A DNA stretch of 51,481 bases. Source: Deltaproteobacteria bacterium. GTDB lineage: Bacteria; Desulfobacterota; JADFXK01. The first letter of the stretch is position 1, and the number at the start of each line of letters is the position of its first letter. The position numbers and the translations under genes were made by a program. The stretch covers positions 1 to 51,481 of the forward strand of contig JADFXK010000002.1 in assembly GCA_015233625.1 (NCBI GenBank). The letters are read 5' to 3'. Below, piece by piece: positions 25,961 to 32,960 of this stretch. The notes under the pieces are model-generated. The model saw only the letters and a program-made list of their open reading frames with translations. It was not told where the DNA came from and made no database searches.

Positions 25961-27901
25961 ATGGCCCAAAATATTACTCAAAAAATACTCTCGGCCCATT
26001 TGGTCGAGGGGCAATTGGAAACCGGTCAGGAAATCGGCATAAAGATCGACCAGACCCTGACTCAAGACGCCACTGGCACCATGGCCTATCTGGAATTTGA
26101 AACTCTGGGCCTCGATCGGGTCAAGACCGAGGTATCGGTTAGTTACGTGGATCACAATCTTCTGCAGGCCGACTTCAAGAATGCCGATGACCATCGTTTC
26201 CTCCAATCCTGCGCGGCTCGGTTCGGGCTGTATTTCTCCCGCCCGGGGAATGGGATTTCCCATCAGGTCCATCTGGAGCGTTTCGGTGTCCCAGGAAAAA
26301 CCCTGTTGGGATCGGACAGCCACACCCCAGCCGGGGGCGGCTTGGGCATGCTGGCCATCGGGGCCGGCGGGATGGATGTGGCCCTGGCCATGGCCGGGTA
26401 TCCATTTTTCTTGAGCACGCCTGCCGTCCTGGGAGTGAATTTAACCGGTCGGCTACCCCGCTGGTCCTCGGCCAAGGATGTCATTTTGGAGATTCTGCGC
26501 CGACTGTCGGTCAAAGGTGGCGTGGGTAAGGTTTTAGAATATTTTGGGCCCGGCGTGGCCACCCTGTCCGTTACCGACCGGGCCGTGATCACCCACATGG
26601 GGGCGGAGCTGGGCGCCACATCGTCGGTTTTTCCATCGGATGAAGAGACCCGGCGATTCCTTACCGCCCAGTCGCGGCCGGGGGATTGGCGTCTGCTGGT
26701 GGCTGATCCAGGGGCTGGTTACGATGCGGTCATGGAAATTGACTTGACTCAGATCGAGCCCATGATCGCCTGCCCCTCGTCACCGGATAACGTCAAGAAA
26801 GTGTCAGAAGTGGCTGGGACTCCCGTAACCCAGGTGATTGTCGGTTCTTCCGGCAATTCTTCTTTCCGGGACCTGATGATGGTGGCCAAGATCATGGCCG
26901 GCCGACAGGTCCATCCGAATGTCAGTCTGGACATCAATCCCGGCAGCCGGCAGGCCTTGGAAAACGTGACTATCCACGACGGGTTGAAGGACCTGATCGG
27001 GTCCGGCGCCCGGATCCATCAATCGGGTTGCCTCGGCTGCATCGGTATGGGCCAGGCCCCGCCCACCGGAGGGGTATCGGTCCGGACCTTCCCCCGGAAC
27101 TTTCCCGGCCGGAGCGGGACAGTCAATGATTTAGTCTACTTATCCAGCCCGGAAACGGCGGCTGCGGCGGCGGTGTTTGGTAAGATCACTTCGCCCACGG
27201 AATTAGGCGATTACCCGGTAGTGACCGAGCCGGAAAAATTTATTATCAATAATAACCTGCTCATCCCGCCGACGGATAATAACCGGGAGGTGGAGATCGT
27301 CCGGGGACCCAATATCAAGCCGTTCCCGGTCTTCGAGGCGGTCCCGGATGAGTTGACCCTGACGGTGCTGACCAAGGTGGGCGACAATATCACCACTGAC
27401 CACATTATGCCGGCCGGGAGCGCCATCCTGCCTTTACGGAGCAATATTCCGGCCATCAGTGAGTTCGTCTTTCGGGATGCCGCCCCCGGATTTGCCGCCC
27501 GAGCCAAGGCCACGGGTGACGGTCTGGTTATTGGGGGCGAAAACTACGGCCAGGGGTCGTCGCGGGAACACGCGGCCATCGCCCCCCGGTATCTGGGGGT
27601 GCGGGCCAAGGTGGTCAAGAGCTTTGCCCGGATCCATCTGGCCAATTTGTGCAACATGGGAATCCTGCCCTTTACCTTTGCCGATCCAGGGCAGTACGAC
27701 CTGATCCAGGAAGGCGACAAAATTATTTTTCGGGGACTGCATGATTTTCTGAAGTCCGACGCGGTGGATTTCACGGCCAGGCTAGAAGGTAAGTCCGGAT
27801 CACAGCAGCTTTCGCTCCGCCTGGCCGCCACCGGCCGGGATCGGGGGATGCTGTTAGCCGGCGGCTTGCTAAACCTGGCCCGAACACAGGCCCGGAAATG
27901 A
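25961..27901 (+). CDS. aconitate hydratase (about 645-aa fused aconitase-family enzyme)
   Basis: IDQTLTQDATG, GSDSHT, GCLGCIGMG (Fe-S Cys ligands), GENYGQGSSREHAA (swivel domain). ATG at 25961 after AAGAGGAAA. Confidence 0.85.
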   Translation: MAQNITQKILSAHLVEGQLETGQEIGIKIDQTLTQDATGTMAYLEFETLGLDRVKTEVSVSYVDHNLLQADFKNADDHRFLQSCAARFGLYFSRPGNGISHQVHLERFGVPGKTLLGSDSHTPAGGGLGMLAIGAGGMDVALAMAGYPFFLSTPAVLGVNLTGRLPRWSSAKDVILEILRRLSVKGGVGKVLEYFGPGVATLSVTDRAVITHMGAELGATSSVFPSDEETRRFLTAQSRPGDWRLLVADPGAGYDAVMEIDLTQIEPMIACPSSPDNVKKVSEVAGTPVTQVIVGSSGNSSFRDLMMVAKIMAGRQVHPNVSLDINPGSRQALENVTIHDGLKDLIGSGARIHQSGCLGCIGMGQAPPTGGVSVRTFPRNFPGRSGTVNDLVYLSSPETAAAAAVFGKITSPTELGDYPVVTEPEKFIINNNLLIPPTDNNREVEIVRGPNIKPFPVFEAVPDELTLTVLTKVGDNITTDHIMPAGSAILPLRSNIPAISEFVFRDAAPGFAARAKATGDGLVIGGENYGQGSSREHAAIAPRYLGVRAKVVKSFARIHLANLCNMGILPFTFADPGQYDLIQEGDKIIFRGLHDFLKSDAVDFTARLEGKSGSQQLSLRLAATGRDRGMLLAGGLLNLARTQARK

Positions 27902-30072
27902 AAATTGTGACCCAGAATTTCAAGAATGGACAGGTCAGATTAATCGACGCGCCGCCGCCCCAGCTCCAACCGGGCGGTGTGCTCGTCCGGACCAGGGCCT
28001 CCCTGATCAGCGTGGGCACGGACCGGTCCATGATCCACCTGTCCCAAAAGACTTCCCTGCAAAAAGCCAAGGAACGGCCGGACCTGGTCAAGCGGGTCAT
28101 TGGCAAAATCAAGACGGACGGCCTGATGAACACTTATCGGGCCGTCAAGAATATCATGGAAGCCCCGCTGCCACTGGGTTACTCCCTGGCCGGGGAGGTG
28201 TCCGGCGTGGGGGCCGGGGCCGAGCTGTTTCAGGTGGGAGATCGGGTGGCTTGCGCGGGGGCCGGGTACGCCAATCATGCCGAGCAGGTCTGGGTCCCTA
28301 AGAATTTAGTCGTGCCGGCGCCCGACACCCTATCCTGGGATGAAGCCTCCTTCGTCACGCTGGGCGCGATCGCCGTGCACGGGGTGCGTCAGGCGGAGGT
28401 CCAATTCGGGGCCACCGTGGCCATTATCGGGTTGGGCCTGGTCGGGCAACTGGCCGCCCGGATCTGCCTGGCCGCTGGTTACCGGGTGGTGGGGGTGGAT
28501 ATTGATCCGGCCCGGAATGAACTAGCCCGATTGAGCGGGGTCCTGGCCGCGTCCGAACCCTCGGAAGAGGTGGTTCACCAGGTGCTAACCATTTCCCGGG
28601 GCATCGGGGCCGACGCCGTAATTGTCTGCGCCGCGGCTAAAGACAGCAGCGATACCTTAAAGTTGGCCGCGGACCTGGTCAAAGACCGGGGTCGGGTGGT
28701 CGTGGTGGGTGATGTGGGCATGGACATTCCCCGCCGCGAATACTACGCCAAGGAAATAGAAGTCCGCCTGTCCCGGTCGTACGGTCCGGGACGGTATGAT
28801 CCTGATTACGAAGAAAAGGGCCGGGGTTACCCGCCGGGATATGTCCGGTGGACCGAGACCGAGAATATGTCTTCCTTTCTGGACCTGGTGGCGGCCGGCC
28901 GCATCCGCCTGGATGATCTGATATCCCACAGCTTTCCCATTGATCAGGCCGAGGTGGCCTACGGGCTGGTCACCGGACAATCGGCCGAGCCGGTGTTAGG
29001 CGTAGTCCTGACCTATCCGGAGGAGCCGGATCTCCGCCCCAGACGAGACATCAACCTCGGCTCCCGCCCGGCCGCGGCGTCCCCAGGCCGGATCAACCTG
29101 GGTCTGATCGGGGCCGGGGCCTTTGCCAAGGGCGTCCTGCTCCCGGCTTTTATGGCCCAGCGTGAGGTTTCCCTGACCGGAGTGGCCGCGGCCAAAGGAT
29201 ATACGGCCCAGGTGGTGGCGGAAAGATATCAGGCCGAGTTCAGCGCGTCGGAAGCTGAGACCGTCCTGGCTGACCCTCAAATCACCGCGGTGGCCATCGC
29301 CACCCGGCACGACTCCCATGCCGCCCTGGCGATTCAGGCCTTAAACCGGGGCAAGCACGTCTTCCTGGAGAAACCGCTGTGTATTCATGAAGAGGAATTG
29401 TCGGCCGTGATGACCGCGGTGGCGGCTCACCCCGAACTGGTCCTGATGGTGGGATTCAATCGCCGGTTCAGCCCCCTGGCCGGGCAATTAAAGGCCCATT
29501 TCGCGCCCCGGTCGGCCCCCCTGGCCCTGATCTACCGGGTCAATGCCGGCCGCATTCCATTGGGCGACAAATCGAGCTGGGTCCATGATCCGGATCTGGG
29601 CGGTGGCCGGATTATCGGCGAGGTGTGCCATTTCGTGGATCTGCTGCTCTTTCTCACCGGGGCCCGGCCAGTCTGGGTTCAGGCTACCTCCGCAGCCCAG
29701 GGCCGGCAGACTCAGGCCACCAATGACGTGGTCACCTTGACCATCGCCTTGGATGACGGCTCCCTGGGCACCATCCACTATTTCGCCAATGGCAGCCGGG
29801 CCTATCCCAAGGAACGGGTGGAGGTCTTCGGCCAGGACAAGACGGCTGTCTTAGACAACTTCCGAACTCTGGAACTGGCTTCGGGCCAGGGCACGCGCAA
29901 GATCAAGAGAATGAATCAACAGAAAGGCTTTGAGGAAGAAGTCGCGGCTTTCATCCAGGGCATCCGGGAAAACACCTACCCCATCCCCTGGCCAGATCTC
30001 ATGGACACCACCCTGGTCACCTTCCGAGCGTTAGATTCGTTGAGGACGGGGTTACCGGTAAAGGTGGGGTGA
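27898..30072 (+). CDS. bi-domain oxidoreductase (N-terminal Zn-ADH/MDR-like, C-terminal Gfo/Idh/MocA-like)
   Basis: 724 aa. MDR-like GYSLAGEV...GDRVACAG...IIGLGLVGQL. Second Rossmann fold LGLIGAGAFAK plus EKPL and GFNRRF (Gfo/Idh/MocA). Start overlaps the aconitase stop (ATGA). Confidence 0.8.
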   Translation: MKIVTQNFKNGQVRLIDAPPPQLQPGGVLVRTRASLISVGTDRSMIHLSQKTSLQKAKERPDLVKRVIGKIKTDGLMNTYRAVKNIMEAPLPLGYSLAGEVSGVGAGAELFQVGDRVACAGAGYANHAEQVWVPKNLVVPAPDTLSWDEASFVTLGAIAVHGVRQAEVQFGATVAIIGLGLVGQLAARICLAAGYRVVGVDIDPARNELARLSGVLAASEPSEEVVHQVLTISRGIGADAVIVCAAAKDSSDTLKLAADLVKDRGRVVVVGDVGMDIPRREYYAKEIEVRLSRSYGPGRYDPDYEEKGRGYPPGYVRWTETENMSSFLDLVAAGRIRLDDLISHSFPIDQAEVAYGLVTGQSAEPVLGVVLTYPEEPDLRPRRDINLGSRPAAASPGRINLGLIGAGAFAKGVLLPAFMAQREVSLTGVAAAKGYTAQVVAERYQAEFSASEAETVLADPQITAVAIATRHDSHAALAIQALNRGKHVFLEKPLCIHEEELSAVMTAVAAHPELVLMVGFNRRFSPLAGQLKAHFAPRSAPLALIYRVNAGRIPLGDKSSWVHDPDLGGGRIIGEVCHFVDLLLFLTGARPVWVQATSAAQGRQTQATNDVVTLTIALDDGSLGTIHYFANGSRAYPKERVEVFGQDKTAVLDNFRTLELASGQGTRKIKRMNQQKGFEEEVAAFIQGIRENTYPIPWPDLMDTTLVTFRALDSLRTGLPVKVG

Positions 30073-30268
30073 GGGTCGGTTGGCGTCGGGCCATTGGACT
30101 ATCAGGCGCAAGAGGTTGCACCAGCCCTTTCTTTATTGTTGACTAATCTGAACACAACATATAGAATAAACAAGTAATAATACTGCGTCGGAAGTGTCCA
30201 GGAATCTATATCGGCGATGATTTACTCATTGGAATAGCACTTGGGGAAATCAAGCTTCGAGGTTTGCA

Positions 30269-31237
30269 TTGACAACAAACCATCATGACAGGTTTTTCAA
30301 GAAGATGTTTTCGGGCCAAGACCTGGCCAGGGATTTTTTCGCCAATTACTTGCCTGAGTCCGTTCTGGGTCAACTTGACCTAAGCACCCTTGCGACCACA
30401 ACAGATTCCTTTGTGGATGACCAATTAAGGGCTCATTTTTCGGACCTTGTTTACCGGGTGAACATAAAGCAGTCCCAGCCGGCATATGTCTGTATCTTGT
30501 TGGAGCATAAGAGCCATCAGGACAGGCGGGTGACGCTTCAACTCTTGAGATACATGATTCAAATGTGGGCCTATATCGATTCCCAACAGCCGACTTCGGA
30601 ATATTTACCCGTTATCATTCCATTGGTCTTCTATCATGGGACCACCACCTGGGAGGGATCAACCAGGTTTAAGTCATTATTTGACGCGACGGCTGAATTA
30701 AGACAATATCTTCCTGATTTCACTTATCTTCTTTTGGACTTATCAACTTTGGCGGATGAGGATATCAAAGGAGATGTCAAGACTAAAATTACCTTGCTCC
30801 TCCAGAAGCATATCCACGATCCTAAATTAGTTTCCCAATTAGCTGACATAGCTACTCTTTACCACGAAATACCACCAGGTCCCGATCAGATTGAATTTCT
30901 TAAAGTTGTTGCTCAGTATTTGATTTTCACCGATAAATTAACAAAGGAAGAGATAAAGGTCTTTTTGGACCGGGCTACTTCAGGTAAAGGAGATGAAATT
31001 ATGCCCACCGTCGTAGAAGAATTTATCGAAGAAGGATACCAGAAGGGCGCCTTGGTTAAGGCGCGGGAAGATATTCTTGATGGCATTGAAATTCGATTCG
31101 GCCAGGTTCCCAATGAAGTTACTGAATCTATAAGTGGGTTATCTGATACCATGGTATTGAAATCACTGCTTAGGCAGGCTTTTGTATCAAAGAATCTAGA
31201 TGAATTCATTCAGGCGCTCAGAAAATCCAAGAACTAA
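30269..31237 (+). CDS. Rpn-family recombination-promoting nuclease / putative transposase (YhgA-like, PD-(D/E)XK)
   Basis: N-terminal HDRFFKKMFS...ARDFFANYLP, DLVYRV...ILLEHKS (D...E.K core). 322 aa with a TTG start as tracked. Confidence 0.8.
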   Translation: MTTNHHDRFFKKMFSGQDLARDFFANYLPESVLGQLDLSTLATTTDSFVDDQLRAHFSDLVYRVNIKQSQPAYVCILLEHKSHQDRRVTLQLLRYMIQMWAYIDSQQPTSEYLPVIIPLVFYHGTTTWEGSTRFKSLFDATAELRQYLPDFTYLLLDLSTLADEDIKGDVKTKITLLLQKHIHDPKLVSQLADIATLYHEIPPGPDQIEFLKVVAQYLIFTDKLTKEEIKVFLDRATSGKGDEIMPTVVEEFIEEGYQKGALVKAREDILDGIEIRFGQVPNEVTESISGLSDTMVLKSLLRQAFVSKNLDEFIQALRKSKN

Positions 31238-31334
31238 CCATCATCCTCTGGCCCCGGCCCGGTTCCAGACAGCGGTGGTCGCCTTCCGATCCCTGGATTC
31301 GTTGAGGACGGGCTTACCGGATGAGCGTCTTTGA
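31238..31334 (+). pseudogene. displaced, diverged copy (B) of the oxidoreductase 3' end
   Basis: Reads ...FQTAVVAFRSLDSLRTGLPDERL* versus the native ...TTLVTFRALDSLRTGLPVKVG*. The core 31275-31320 matches 30014-30059 at about 38 of 46 nt by hand alignment. Starts right after the Rpn stop. Confidence 0.7.
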
Positions 31335-31358
31335 ATGAATGCTGGAGGAGCTGGAACC

Positions 31359-31538
31359 ATGCAAACATTAAAACAAGAGGCAATTGATGTGATTTCAAAA
31401 ATGTCTGAGCAAGTTGACATTGATGAAATCATGTATCGCCTATACGCCATCGACAAGATCAGAAAAGGCAGAGAAGCGGCTAATAGAGGAGACGTGACGT
31501 CCATTGAGGATTTGAAGAAAGAAATCGAAAAATGGTAA
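31359..31538 (+). CDS. small antitoxin-like protein (orphan; no partner toxin seen)
   Basis: GGAGGAG lies 9 nt upstream of the ATG at 31359. MQTLKQEAIDVISKMSEQVDIDEIMYRLYAIDKIRKGREAANRGDVTSIEDLKKEIEKW resembles the small addiction-module-type proteins common in cyanobacteria and deltaproteobacteria (recalled from memory only). Confidence 0.5.
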   Translation: MQTLKQEAIDVISKMSEQVDIDEIMYRLYAIDKIRKGREAANRGDVTSIEDLKKEIEKW

Positions 31539-31565
31539 CATCCCCGATTGACTCTGACCTCCGGT

Positions 31566-32156
31566 TTACCGTCTGGCCGGGGCGGCGGCGGGGAATTCGA
31601 CCTTGTCGTAGATTTCTTGCAGCGGCAGGCGGCAATCGATGGAATCCAGGGAAATTGTTCCGGTCAAATCATCAACCTCCGACATAACCCATTGTGTGCC
31701 CTGACGGACAAAGTGCTCCACCCGGGCTTGATCCTGGGCGATGATGACATACTCCTGGAGCGAAGGAAGGCGGCGGTATAGGGCAAACTTTCCACCTCGA
31801 TCGTAGGCTTCGGTAGAGTCGGACAATACTTCCATAATCACCGTGGGGTTAAGTAACGTGTCCAGGTGATCATCTTCAAAAAGAGGTTCCCCGCAGACAG
31901 CCGCCGCATCCGGGTAAGTGTACAAACCCGTGGCGCTGACCTTGACCCGCATGTCATTGACGTATATGGCGCACTCCCGCCCTCGAAACTGGGTGCTCAG
32001 TTCGCGGGCAATATTAACCGTGATTTGATTGTGTTGGCGGCCGGCTCCGGCCAGGGCAAAAATCTGACCGTTGAAATATTCACTCTTGTGTCCGGCGGCG
32101 CGCTCCAAGGCCAGGTATTCCTCCGGGGTGACTACTGATTGGGCTAATGGTTCCAT
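31566..32156 (-). CDS. Uma2-family (DUF820) restriction-endonuclease-like protein
   Basis: TPEEYLALERAAGHKSEYFNGQIFALAG...H..I..NI, then PD...EVLS core. 196 aa. Confidence 0.8.
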   Translation of the reverse strand: MEPLAQSVVTPEEYLALERAAGHKSEYFNGQIFALAGAGRQHNQITVNIARELSTQFRGRECAIYVNDMRVKVSATGLYTYPDAAAVCGEPLFEDDHLDTLLNPTVIMEVLSDSTEAYDRGGKFALYRRLPSLQEYVIIAQDQARVEHFVRQGTQWVMSEVDDLTGTISLDSIDCRLPLQEIYDKVEFPAAAPARR

Positions 32157-32274
32157 CGCTTCCCTTTCCTGGCAAACCGTGAATTTAGATTTGGCCCTTC
32201 TCTCAAGCTAACGCCTCGCCTCCCATACTGAAGCGAACGAGCTTTTGCAAAGCGCCCGTTCATCATGAGGAAGA

Positions 32275-32350
32275 AATCAATCCGCAGATGGCGCAGATTA
32301 ACGCAGATGAGCGTTTTGTATTTTCTAATCTATACAATCTGGGAATAAAA
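32275..32350 (+). mobile_element. short MITE-like element of the GCAGAT family
   Basis: Left end aatccgcagatggcgcagattaacgcagatgag. Degenerate right end gtattttctaatctatacaatctgggaat, compare 38131-38160. Confidence 0.5.
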
Positions 32351-32396
32351 TCAAGGGCGGACTCATCTAACTCAGGTTATCCCGGCCAAGACACTT

Positions 32397-32537
32397 GATG
32401 AATTCGTTCAGGCGCTCAGGAAATCCAAGAACTAATCTCCTCCAATCCCCGACCTCGGCTCCAGGGGACAGGGGTGGTCACCTTCCGAGTGTTAGATTCG
32501 TTGAGGACGGGGTTACCGGTCAAGGTGGGGTGAGGGT
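32397..32537 (+). pseudogene. Rpn 3'-end remnant (32397-32435) fused to displaced oxidoreductase 3' end, copy C (32436-32537)
   Basis: 32397-32435 matches 31199-31237 at 37 of 39 nt (DEFVQALRKSKN*). 32475-32537 matches 30014-30076 at 61 of 63 nt (TFRVLDSLRTGLPVKVG*). Confidence 0.8.
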
Positions 32538-32727
32538 TTGGCTGCCGATTTGTCATTTTGAATTTGAGGTGTTTTGGCAGGAAATAATCCTCAGGGGTGT
32601 GTATGTCAAGGTTCAGCAGCGTGCGAAGTTGCTGCCACGAATTTTCGAGATGGCGTCAGAAAATGCGCCCGATGTGGTCGCAGGTCCGCCCTCACCCCCA
32701 AAGTTGGACTACGAATATCCTAAATCA

Positions 32728-32958
32728 TCAATGTTTGCCGTTAAACTCATCATGCAACTTGGATAGCTCATCTATGCTGCTACGCAACATGGCTATGGCA
32801 CATTCAATACAATACCCATTCCACCCCAATCCTTCCCTAACCTCCAGAAGCAAATCTCCCTTTTCGATCGGATGTCTCTTGGGATCATGGTAACACTTTC
32901 GCTTCCTGCCAGCGCGAGCAGGCCTGCACGAAATCATCAGCTTTTTTAAAGGGGGCAA
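32728..32958 (-). CDS. small Cys/His protein, third gene of the helicase operon
   Basis: 76 aa with a TTG start at 32958. AAGGAG lies 8 nt upstream, inside the last helicase codons, and only 2 nt separate the helicase stop from this start. Possible metal ligands C22, H24, C50, C53 (KCYH...GYCIEC). Confidence 0.55.
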   Translation of the reverse strand: MPPLKKLMISCRPARAGRKRKCYHDPKRHPIEKGDLLLEVREGLGWNGYCIECAIAMLRSSIDELSKLHDEFNGKH

Positions 32959-32960
32959 GG

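Noticed and set aside
32395-32766. 123-aa + strand ORF
   Set aside because: It is a chimeric reading through the Rpn-tail remnant, the displaced oxidoreductase tail and non-coding DNA, not a gene.
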